Assembly (NCBI RefSeq): GCF_002113885.1 | Contig: NW_018408827.1 | Coordinates: forward strand, 250,051-314,050 | Length of the DNA stretch: 64,000 nucleotides | Source of the DNA: Mizuhopecten yessoensis | Lineage: Eukaryota | Reading direction: 5' to 3' | In this document: positions 25,224 to 37,862 of the stretch, in pieces | Position numbering within the stretch: the stretch's first letter is position 1 | Layout of the letters: each line of letters begins with the position of its first letter | The notes under the pieces: generated by a model | What the model saw: the letters and a program-made list of their open reading frames with translations, nothing else | What the model was told of the DNA's origin: nothing | Databases searched by the model: none | Made by a program: the position numbers and the translations under genes

Positions 25224-27084
25224 TAGACACTTTTATCTTGGATGCAGGGCTCTACAATTCGTTTGCAAACCTCATTTGCACCCGTCATCATGAAAACGGA
25301 AATGACGTCAAATATAGAAAAGACTTTGAAGTTGAGACACGCGCAGAGGATTTGTAAACCTATACCGCGATTTGTCTTTCACAAGCATGTCAACATGTGT
25401 GTAATTTTCAAATAGATGGTTTTTTAACATGTTAATAAAAGTATTAGCTTGCAATTGTGGCGTATTCGTTTTTTCGATGTTCGGTTAGTAGTGTTTATTT
25501 TAGACCTGTTTCGAATATTTTAAAAATGCGGAATTCGAAACAGGTCTATTTCGAATTTGTCCACCTCTAATATCACGTTACAATGTACCATATTTTTAAC
25601 AAATATTTAACTCGACTTATTAGATTGCCAAAAAAGTACCAAAAACCCATTCTCAAAAACCGGCATCGCTTGCCAAAGACATCACTTATCATAGGAGAGA
25701 GAGTAAATGTTTAAATGTTGGGAGCAGTTTGACAAAAGCCCATTCCGGAACCCAGCAACGGAGGAGTAATCTTAATATTTATATAGTTTTTAAAAATCTG
25801 TCAGACATCAAACAGTATTTGGTTCAATTACACATTTCCCCGAGCAGCTTTCATGCTATTTCGGGTTTTTTTATATATATTATTATTTTCTGTTTGAATT
25901 CAACTGTAACTGGCACGTTTGTTTCGTGAGAAGGCGTGCATAATCTATATGTGTGATACAACATATTACCGTACATGTCACTGACTTAATTTGACCATGA
26001 TATCCATGGGAAATGTTTGCTCTGTCTGTCTAAGCCAACGACAACAGCGTGACATATCAACGAATTTAGCTACTTATACAGTCAGAACCTAGCAGGTGTG
26101 CTCTCCAAGTTACTAAGCGGTAAGGAATGTTGCGATAATAGATTGTGCTACGAGAAAACCTTGAAAGGTAAATAATCATTTTATTTAACTTCTTCATTAC
26201 CGTTCGTCACAGTTAGTGCTTTCCTATTACTATAATAGGAACCGTATGAATTGTATACATTCCTTCTTTAGTTAAATATATTATCATTCGAAATAAAAAA
26301 ATATCTGCTAAGTACCATGTATGACTTTATTTTATGGGTGCACATTATCTTACAAGTAATAAAGGAAATTGAAATATCGCCCTTAAACTGTACCATTTTC
26401 AAAAGTACCGGAATGCTAACCCCGTTTGAGGGTTTTTTGTGCAGTACATGTACCTTTTAGAAGTATCTTCTGTTGGTAAAAACGTCAAAACGCTTTGTTT
26501 CTCAAAGTGAAACTGTTTTGTTAAGAGGTGTATTTAACAGTGATGTTAAACTTTTTTTTAAATAGAAACTCATATTTAATTGTTCACGAAGCTGTTTAAA
26601 TTTAACATGAATATCTTTTGATAAACTGAAGTGTTTAACTTATTACATTATTAGAACATACAGTAAAAGCCATGTGACGTCATGGAAAATGCAAACTGCT
26701 TTATATTCCAGGGACTTTAAAACCTTCATATAAATACGAAAACCGCAAATGTCTTGAACACATATCCAAAGTAAATGCTTTCATTTTCTCTTTCTTTCAA
26801 GACATTTTTGTGGTACAAATGTAGCTATGTCAAAATAAACACTGTAAAATTGTAACATTTGTAACTTTGTAGTTAGGGACATCGTTATAATATATAAGAA
26901 ACCTTTAAGATTGTGTTGAATCCCGTTCTGTTTGAAACTCTTTTCATCAAGCAGAGATTGTCTTAAATTTGGTGATATCAAAGATAAATAGAAACTATTT
27001 AATTGTTGGGTTATTTGGCAAAAAAATATGAATTACATATTATTAAGTAATTTTAATCGCTGGATCCGATTGAAATGTAGAAGG

Positions 27085-27215
27085 GGGTCTGTGTGTGGTG
27101 GGAAACAAACGTATCTGGAGAAAACCCCCATGGTCGGGCAGATGACCCATAACTTTCATGTCTAAAATCAGTTAATCGATCCCGCATGGATGTCTAAAGG
27201 CGAGTGCGTTAACGT
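27085..27215 (-). mobile_element. Highly decayed SINE remnant
   Basis: The ggaaac...tatctggagaaaacccccatggtcgggcagatgaccc core resembles that at 11250-11295. Confidence 0.4.
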
Positions 27216-27661
27216 TTTGTACCGCGAAAACTGACTAACCATAATATAGGTGATATTACGCATTACATACGTGATATAACATACAAAAAACTCATATGAT
27301 AGTGCCTTTTCACTGTATAGGCTGGTTATCTGTGTGACAAAAAGTAGTGACACTTACATTTGGCAGAAGACGATCGAACGTGTAAGGACCCGAGCTTTGT
27401 ATTAAAAAATAAACACCAATAACATTTGAACACATAGAATATTTTTTTGACTGGAATCGTTCCGTATCATTACAACAATATGCCAACGACTTGAGCACAT
27501 TAGGCCTAACACCGACGCAAATTCTCTTCTTTATTAATTAAATTAATCAAACAATTAAAATTTAGGTATCTGTCGGTACAATCTGGAAACCTAGTCATCT
27601 TAAGGTTATAGGCGAATAAACCCCGTGTTATTTTCAAGTAAAAATATCATTAAATCTACAG

Positions 27662-30600
27662 ATGTATTTTGGACTGCTGGAGATGATGGTTGTGATGTCA
27701 GTGCTCCTATCGGAAAGTCGATCTATTCCTGTCGTACAAACCACGATGGGTTTAGTAAGGGGACTTACAAGAAGGGTAGACCGTACGTATATATTCGAAT
27801 TTAGAGGAATTCCATTCGCAAAGCCTCCAATCGGAAAATTCCGATTCCGTAAAACAGAAGCACATGATCAATGGAATGGATTATTGGACGCCACTACTTT
27901 TAGACCGGCATGCATGCAAAGGATACATGCCGATTCAATATTACCCCTGCCAAATACGGAAATCTCTGAAGACTGTTTAACATTAAATATATATGTCCCT
28001 GGTAATATATCGTACGATTCCAGAAAGAGTGTTATGGTTTGGATTCACGGGGGAGGGTTTTATACCAACCAAGGCTCTATGTACAATGGGACGTACATTG
28101 CCTTATATGGAGATGTTATTGTGGTGACAGTTAATTACCGTCTGGGAGTGCTAGGGTTCCTGAGTACGGGAAACAAGGACCTCCCTGGGAATCTCGGACT
28201 CTGGGATCAGCACCTGGCTCTACAGTGGATTAAGGACAACATAGCTTCATTCGGAGGCGATCCTAATTCCATTACTTTATTTGGCATGTCGTCGGGAGGG
28301 GCTAGCGTTTCCCTCCACACGCTCATTCCTCGAAACAAACACTTGTTTCAAAGGGTTATTGCACAGAGTGGAACAGCAAACTCGTACCTAGCCTTTGTGT
28401 ATGATCCTTTATTCTATGTTAAGGTACTTGGGAAATTATTAGGCTGCACGAGTGACACCGAAGCTACGGACACAAAACAGTTCGTACACTGTATTAATGG
28501 AACTTCAGCAGAGGCTATTCTGTCAGCTCAGGAGGCTATGTCATGGCATAGAGGTGACAGAGCACGCTATGAACTGATGTTCGGGGCAGTTGTGGATGGG
28601 GACGTCTTCACAGACTATCCAGAGGAATTGCTAAGTCGCGAAACATCTGCGTCATTTCAACTTTTCCGTTCTGTCGACTTTCTCGCAGGCGGAACAGACA
28701 AAGAAGGATCGATGTTCTATGGTATCTTTCATGAAGAATTATCAAAAGAATTTAATTTCAACCCAATGGATGGCTTTCCACCAGGTATTGTGTGTGAATT
28801 CTTAATTCCTGGTTTAGTTAAAGATCTTTTCCCAAAATGTTTACATAGACGTGTTCTAGAACAAGCGATCTGTCAGAAATATCGCGGGACTGATGACGGA
28901 TCGCGCGCAAGTAAAATGCTGGATTTATATGGTGACGTGTTTTTTATTGTACCTGTAATTAAGATACTCAGTGCACATTCCAAGGATAATTCAATAACAA
29001 ATAGCTACCAATACCTGTTTTCTCGTCATTACACATCAAAGGAAGACTCAACACTACCTGATTGGTTTGTTGGCACCCCCCACACTGCCGAAAAAACATT
29101 CCTGTTCAGAGGAACTCAGAGATCCAACATAGCTTACAACAGGATAGAAGATTTAACATTAGCCAAACAGATGATTAAACTCTGGACAAACTTCGCAAAA
29201 TATGGGTGAGACTTTCTTTTATCGCAGTTTGTATAGATGTTACAGCATTGAGAGACCTGACAATGAATTCCATAAATATAGGTGTAGGAAATAGCGATCT
29301 TCAAATATCTTAATTAAGCATTGGTAAGTTGGAAATCCTAACGTACAATTTTGTTGACATGTCAGTATCCTTGTTGCTTATATTTGATATCATCCACACA
29401 TACACATTATCGAATTTATTCATCTATCATATAGGTTTTCACTTATTTGCAGTTATGAATTTTGCGCTACTGGAAAACAAAAATAATCTTACACAGACAC
29501 CTTTCTATAGAAGTTGTATCATAAATATTGGGTCTGATTTTTTTTTTATTTCATACGAGATTTACGAAAAGTACAAGTTGTTATCTTATAGAAGTTCTGT
29601 CGAGCTAATCAGAAAGCCTCGTGCTCGTTTAAAAGGTCTCATATGGGGAAAATGTATTCAAACCCCTTTCTATGACACTACCAAGAATGTATGTGGACAT
29701 TCTCGAAAAACACTGTTTCAATGACCATCGTTACGTCTTCAAATTCTCCACTTTCAGTTCATGTTTATTTGTATTAACAGTGAAATGGCGCCATGTACAA
29801 ATTATAGATTGTGTTTTTTCTAATACATTAAGTAATACATGTACGTAGTAAAAATACAAATTGCATTGATACAGTCCACATAGGAAAATATAACTATGTT
29901 ATATGATATATAGAAGTAGTTTTTTTTAAATTTGTCAGAACACGTTCACAAATTCTAATACGTTAAACTGTTGACTACATGTACAAGTATACACAATGTA
30001 TCCCTTCTCTCTGTAACATACATGTAGATGTCACTGACAGGGTATGCTGTGAGATAGTTAAATAGTAACATGTATGAGGGTATGTAACACAGTTCCGTTT
30101 AAACATATTCTCCAAATTACGTATACATAGTCCTCCTCGTTCATTCCTAGTAGTCACGTGACAATGTAGATTTGAGGCGGGGATAACTTTTCGGAACCAA
30201 ACCGCTGGAAAATCTTTGTTTTGTCAATTAGGAAAAAGTCGTACCCTTTATGACTTGTCCGTTAACAGTATTAAATCAACTCAAGAATAATATGTGGAAT
30301 ATCTCAAATTGACGTATTGATGAATTTATTAACAATACTGCGAAGAAAGTGACGTAAGGTCATAGTCAGGTCAAGAAAATAATAACCTCAGCTTTACATT
30401 AGCCAAGCAAAATCGACGGATTTCATTAATGCCACAGCTTTGTGTAGCAATAACCGTAGGGATTCTATGTTTCATGTGGATTTGATATTTACTGTTTTCG
30501 TTTAATAAAGAGAATGTATTTGTCATTTTTTGAGTTACTACTACACACGAGCTTGGCAATATAATGTCTTCTTTGACATAGTAAACAGAACAATTATTCA

Positions 30601-33600
30601 TTTTATTGTAAAAAAAAAAATGGACTGACGGAACATCTGTTATGAAGCGAAGGACCATTAAAGACTGTATATAAAGGTATCCTTTTCATATTTAACTAAT
30701 AATATAAAATATAATCTAATATGAATATTTCAAACCACAAAAAAATGATTTCCCGCAAATCAATTTGTTACTGTGTGTAAATCAACGAAATACCAGATCA
30801 GCGAATAAATACTACAGTAAATGTGTAATATTATCGCTATTTGCATTAGTAAGAAGTATTACGGTCAATATAAGAAAAGGGAAAAATTATAGGAACCGGA
30901 AGTGGGCAGTGGATGCATGCTGGGTACTCACTGTGATCTTCAGAGCGTCTTCATTTTTGGTTCCCATTTGGTCTCACTTCTTGATTCGGAAAAAAAAAGC
31001 ACGCAATAAAATCTTAACAGTTTTTATGACTTTATTTCAAGTGTCGAATATTAGTACAACATATGAAGTATTTCAAATTGACATTCAACAAAAAACGGCC
31101 ATACTTACAAATACGTACCTTTCTGCCATCTTCTCTTTGTCTTTCATTAAACGCGTTTTATTTTCTGTCAGAGATGGGGAGGGGTTATTCACACAGAGAG
31201 TAAAGTTGAGAAATAGACAGACAACAATAACAGTCACGAAAAATTGTACATATATTAATTCAGCATCCTGTAATAACGTTTTTTAAATCGTTCAAATTAT
31301 GACGCAAGTACTTTGATAATGTTCAAAACATTATTCGCTTTCGTTAACTCATTGTTTTTTCTTTGAAGTATTTCCATATTTTACAGAAAAGTTTCATTAA
31401 ATGTTACATTAAACAATATGAGAATTTGAAAACAAGCTGGTCAACTTATAATAAACACATATGTTTTCTGTTTTATGCTGCTGTGAAAGACATGAATATA
31501 TAAATCTGAGTAAATAACTAAAATAAGTTTATTCGCGGATGACACTGGCTTATTTGCATTTTGTGAAGTCACAAAGTTAAAAAGAAGCATGAGATCGATT
31601 ATTAATTAATTCTGTAAAATAACTATTAAAACTCTGCTTCAAAAGTCTAAATTTTTCATTCTATGCAAAATATATATGCAGACCAGTGACAACAAATAGT
31701 CATAAGTTTGATTAAGGCTTCTGTATGATTAGCTTGCAATTGGTAACATGATAATTACAGGATAAAAATAGATGTACATGTTTCGTGGGGCAGTGGGGAC
31801 ATGCTGGGGACTTACGGTGCTTTTCTTTCTTTCTGTCTTCTGTCGCTCTTCGTCTGCCTCCTCTAATGTTATCTTTAACGGTTTAACAGTCACGGTCCTG
31901 AAAAAATGTTATTAGAAGAAGAGAGTATTATATATTCTTGAAAACGGAACAAATCGCCAAGTTACAAGCTTGAAAGTATTATTGAAAAAATATAATGCAG
32001 TCGTAAACTAAAGACTCATAAATATACACGACGATCCAATAAAATATAAAATTCGTGTAAACGAAAACGTGTATGTCCCAACGCATACGTATACCCTGCC
32101 AACCTGCTGATACCCTCGGACAGATCAGGACCATTTGGTGTAATTTGGGCCCATAACGTATCAGAGGCTCCCTTGTTGAATAGTTTGCTGCATGGGGGAA
32201 GGTGGATGGGTGGATGGGTATCAGAGGAAGGAAGGAGAGTTGGGGTTGGGTGTGGGTAGGGTTGGGGACGTGGAGTTCAGGGTAAGTAAAGACAGTACTG
32301 AAGTAAAACATAATTTTCTAAAAGTAGTTTTTCCATATTTGCACCCCTCCGCCTTCACTCACTTCTCTCCTCTCTATGTTGATTTTATAATGGCGTAAGG
32401 TGTAAGGTCAGGATTCTATAACCTATGCTACATTACCTATACGTTATAGCTACATGTACATGTATATGTTCTAGTAGTTCTCGCCGAGTATAAGTTTCCT
32501 CAGGGCTTAATGTAATTGTTTTTGGATGCTGTGTGGCCCAACGGCCAATATCGAAATCTAATATTACACGGAGACATACATTGATAGTAAACGTGTACGG
32601 TGCGATTTCCACGGGCATCTGAGCGGGTGTTTTACCTGGTTCGACACGTGTAGTACACGTGTATATCATACTTACCTGTATTCTCACTTCTGCAAGTCTT
32701 TTATCACATTTAACAAAATCTTCCACAAAATGCTTCAATAGTTTAGTATACACTGGATTCACTAACAGTTTTAAGGCGCTGTTATTATGGTGATACGCAC
32801 ACGCCCTCCCCGTTAGCAAGTCTCTCGAATTCAAGGCCATTGTGTGTATCCGTTGAGGTGTTACCTCCCCTTGATTCTCTGTTTTTTTATAAAGTCTTCC
32901 CGATATCAGGGGTCCACTTTGATAAATACGAAAATGTTTTTTTTAAATATATTTGTTTTAGGATTTGTTGACAAATTTATATGAGATGCAACAAAGGCGT
33001 TCAGGCAATTCAGCCTGGTTATGCCGCTATTTCCCTTAAAGTCAATCATCTTGCAAAGTGGTACATGTATATTTGTTTATGGATCGGTAGACAACTCTAT
33101 GGGGAAAAACATCTGTTTTATTGATACATCGTCTTTTTGTCTGTATCTGTGTAATATAAGTGTCATTTGACACTAGTTTTTTTTCAGGTGTATCACAATT
33201 TCACTTTCAGATTTTCGCCCAAATTTCCATCAACCTTTGAAAGAAAATATGATATAATAAGAAATTGATTTGCTTGGCATTAAATCCAGCGGTAAGCTAC
33301 AATGTTTAACTTTGTTTGCCAAGTTCGTGCTTCTACTGAAAAAATAACCAAACAAAATAAGAAAAAATATTTATAACAAACAAAAAAATTAATTGTTTTC
33401 TGAACCATTCTGCCGATCTGTTAACACCTTTTCCTTTATGTTGCAGAAACCCAAGCGATATCACATTACCGAAATGGAGCCCATATACGGAAGATGACGG
33501 ATACTTCTATAATATAAGCTTCGTCCCAGCCTCCTCATCTACGCATGTGTTCCGGGACAGAGTATCCTTCTGGATGTCGGAGGTTCCCCAAATCGTCAAG

Positions 33601-33627
33601 GCGACGTGTCAGCACCAGGAACTATAA
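27662..33627 (+). CDS. Type-B carboxylesterase CE5 (~574 aa, ends HQEL); coding exons 27662-29205 and 33447-33627
   Basis: Acceptor ctacag lies directly before the ATG. Motifs WIHGGGF, atypical FGMSSGG, TDKEG, GTPHTAE. Donor TAT GG|gtgaga, then a 4.2 kb intron and acceptor ttgcag|A AAC CCA. Terminal exon (not in ORF track) reads NPSDITLPKWSPYTEDDGYFYNISFVPASSSTHVFRDRVSFWMSEVPQIVKATCQHQEL*. AATAAA at 33835. Confidence 0.9.
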
Positions 33628-34014
33628 AATTATAACGAAGAAAAGTTGAATTTACTGAACAAAAAGTGAAAATAACTGTGCCTTGAACATATTCTTAATT
33701 TAGTTTTGTTTTACTAATTTCATGCCGGATCGGTACATCATAAAAAAATCGTTATTTGAACATGTTTATATTTAATCTACAATGTATAAACGGAGGGAAA
33801 TCTTTTCAAAATATATTTGATGCTAAAATATAGCAATAAAATTTATAGAACTCTTGTACACTGTAATTGTAAAAGCTATCAACTACAAATGTATTATAAA
33901 ACGTGTCTGAATACAACCCAATGTTAAAATTGAATCAAGTTTTATGGTTCTTTTTAAACAAATTGATATTTTAAAGAAAATACTTGAATAGATATAAAAC
34001 TGAAGCAAAGATTG

Positions 34015-36140
34015 TAGGGTAGTTATCCAATGTAGAACTGGTTATTACAGAGAGGTGGTAGTTATAGACAGGTGGTAGTTATAGACAGGTAGGTAGTTTT
34101 AGACAGGTGGTAGTTATAGACAGGTGGTAGCTAAATGATAAACTATATAGAAATGTGGAAGTTATATAGACGAATGGTAGTTATATAAGGATTGAACGAC
34201 ACTTTTTTTTCAATCTCATGCTGGTACATATGAATTAACGCAAATCGGTTACATACATGTTCGTTGCCAACTGCGTTCATACTTCCGTATACGCGGTCAA
34301 AGTAAAGGTCTATCCTTTAATAACTACCTGTACATGTACCACCTGTCAATAGCTACCTTCTGCCTATACATGTAACTACCACCTATGAAAGGCTACCTTC
34401 TGCCTATACATGTAACTACCAATTGTCTATGGCTACCATTTGTGTATAACTACCACCTGTCAATAGCTACCTTCTGCCTATGCATGTAACTACCAATTGT
34501 CTATAGCTACCATCTGTCTATAACTCCCACCTGTCAATAGCTTCCTTCTGTCTATGACTACCACCTGTCAATAGCTAGCATCTGTCTATAACTACCCCCT
34601 GTCAATAGCTACCTTCTGCCTATCCATGTAACTACCAATTGTCTATGGCTACCATTTGTCTACAACTACCACCTGTCAATAGCTACCTTCTGCCTACACA
34701 TGTAACTACCACCTGTGAAAGGCTACCTTCTGCCTATACATGTAACTACCAATTATCTATAGCTACCATCTGTCTATAACTACCACCTGTCAATAGCTAC
34801 CTTCTGCATATATATGTAACTACCAATTGTCTATAGCTACCGTCTGTCTATAACTACCACCTGTCAATAGCTACCTTCTGTCTATGCCTACCACCTGTCA
34901 ATAGCTAGCATCTGTCTATAACTACCCCCTGTCAATAGCTACCTTCTGCCTATCCATGTAACTACCAATTGTCTATGGCTACCATTTGTGTATAACTACC
35001 ACCTGTCAATAGCTACCTTCTGCCTACACATGTAACTACCACCTGTGAAAGGCTACCTTCCGCCTATACATGTAACTACCAATTGTCTATAGCTCCCATC
35101 TGTCTATAACTACCACCTGTAAATAGCTACCTTCTACCTATACATGTAACTACCAATTGTCTATAGCTACCTTCAGTCTATAACTACCACCTGTCAATAG
35201 CTACCTTCTGTCTACGACTACCACCTGTCAATAGCTAGCATCTGTCTATAACTACCACCTGTCAATAGCTACCTTCTACCTATCCATGTAACTACCAATT
35301 GTCTATAGCTACCACCTGTCAATAGCTACCTTATGCCTATACATGTAACTACCAATTGTCTATAGCTACCATTTGCCTATAACTACCCCCTGTCAATAGC
35401 TACCTTCTGCCTATACATGTAACTGCCAATTGTCTATGGCTACCATTTGTCTATAACTACCACATGTCAATAGCTACCTTCTGCCTATACATGTAACTAC
35501 CACCTATGAAAGGCTACCTTCTGCCTATACATGTAACTACCAATTATCTATAGCTACCATCTGTCTACAACTACCACCTGTCAATAGCTACCTTCTGCCT
35601 ATACATGTAACTACCAATTGTCTATGGCTACCATTTGTCTATAACTACCACCTGTCAATAGCTACCTTCTGCCTATACATGTAACTACCACCTGTGAAAG
35701 GCTACCTTCTGCCTATACATGTAACTACCAATTGTCTATAGCTACCATCTGTCTATAAATACTATATGTCAATAACTACCTTCTGCCTATACATGTAATT
35801 TAACCACCAATTGTCTACAGCTACCATCTGTCTATAACTATCACCTAGCTATAGCTACCATCTGTCTACAACTACCACCTGTCAATAGCTACCTTCTGCC
35901 TATGCATGTAACTACCAATTGTCTATAGCTACCATCTGTCTATAAATACCACCTGTCTATTGCTACCTTTTGTACCTATACACAAGTGGTATATGTGTAC
36001 AATTAGTAAATATGGACAGATGGTAGCTTTATATAAGCAGTAGCTACATTAGTGGTAGTTACATACGCTTTTGGTATTGGTAGGACGGTGGTAGGCTGAT
36101 AGCTATAAATAGATTATTCTTCTGCATGCTTGACTGTACA
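34015..36140. repeat. Large minisatellite of 21/25-bp units with orientation switches
   Basis: 34320-35975 consists of taactaccacctgtcaatagc / taccttctgcctatacatgtaac variants. The flanks 34015-34190 and ~36010-36100 carry the reverse complement (gtggtagttatagacag). Confidence 0.92.
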
Positions 36141-37862
36141 ATGGTAGAGTTTAAAACATGAAGTATCATATACCAAACGTTAAAATTCTTTAAAATGAAT
36201 TTTTCATGAACAGAATTTTATGTGTGACAGTCACATTACAATTTTCATAAAACAAAGGCTCCGGTAAGCTTAAATATATTACAAAGATAGGCCTAGTGAG
36301 TGCACATATCACGGTCACCAGGAACGGTATCTCAAAGGTCAACAATCAGACAGACTATGAGAGGAAAGGGCTGTAAACAGAACGAAGGACATGTGACTAC
36401 ACAAACGAGTATAAAGTAAAGCTGTAATTGGGTTATATACTAGGTAAGCAAAATGAGTAAATCTTAAATTATTACCCGGGAGAGGATTACAGAGAAATAT
36501 GCATGAATTGAGAGAATTTTAACTTTATCATATAAAGATTTTTCTGAAAATGACATATCATAGCTTATATACATTCCCCCACCCTCGTTCTTTTGTAAAC
36601 ATTCAATTATAATAACTGGAAAAACAAGTTTACAAATAAGTTCATTTGACGTCGGGAACACATATATATCATTGGTTTTAGTTAAGGGTATACAGTACAT
36701 TAACAATGACATCCACGCCCGTTCAGAAAAGATCCACTACACACAGAAATATGCTCGAGATATATTTTGGACGACTATTTGAACTTGAATAGCAAGAGAG
36801 ATAACTTGGCTATCTGAGCAGTTCACACGGTTTGATACCGACAATATTCAGGCCTACTTAGTTTAGTTTAAACGTTCTTTTATTTAAGTATTTCAACTAT
36901 ATACATATATATGCAATATATGTATATGGGGCAAAGAAGTAATTCCAACAGTGTGGACAAGTTTAGGTTGTCAAAGGACCTGTTACAGGAACAAAAGAAT
37001 TTTGCCCACAAAGCAATTTAGCCATTACTGGGTTATATTTGTAGCTCCCTAAGACACGACCCATGAGATATTTTAAAAAAATTAAAAAGGTCCCCAGGGC
37101 CTGTGCTATGAACTATTTAGTGCCGCCTTCCAAAGGTGTACGACAGGGTTCACTTTTTTGTCCAAAATACTATCAAAACAATGTTTTACGCTATCAAATA
37201 ATATTATATTATTTAAAGTAGGATCTGCTGCAAATTATGAACTCAAATATGTAACATAAAAATGCATAATAAAAAAGTTATAAAATCTTAAACTCTAAGA
37301 ATGTTGGTATTTTCATACACTTTTTGCTACATCAATTGTTTTACAGAAGTAAAACACCAAAATCCGGTTCTTGTACACCAAAAATCTTTTAATATTATTT
37401 GGTGCATTATGTTGAGATACGATAGTGAAAATTTCAGAAAATTTGAGAACCGGTAAATTTGTCATATAAATGTCAAATTGTAGCAACGTCTATTTCCAAA
37501 TAAAATCCAACAACCTTATGACCTATAGTCATGTTTGATAAGTTAACAATATGTCGCATCAATTTATTATTGCAACTGATCAAATTTTCATCAATAAGAT
37601 CTGCTGCTCATGATGAGCCCAACTATAAAGCTAGATGTTGCGAAATAAAAAAGTTAAGCAGTCTCACACACATAAAAGTTTAGTATGTTATGTACATTTT
37701 TAGTTGTTTCGCCCAGTCCGACTTACAATTATTTAAAATCACCCTTTGTTTCCTGTTATTGAGATAATCTTTGAACCATTTTAGGCCTACTTACAGTTCG
37801 TGAATTAGACAGTTGAATACTGTAACCAAACTTCGTTGTTTCTTATTTTAGGAACTTTCACA

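Noticed and set aside
29329-31286. ORFs of 131, 95 and 173 aa in the CE5 intron
   Set aside because: Non-ATG starts or AT-biased low-information composition; no domain features.
34320-35975. CRISPR-like regular repeat array
   Set aside because: No unique spacers, the units are variants of each other, there are no cas genes, and the context is an intron-containing eukaryote. It is a minisatellite.
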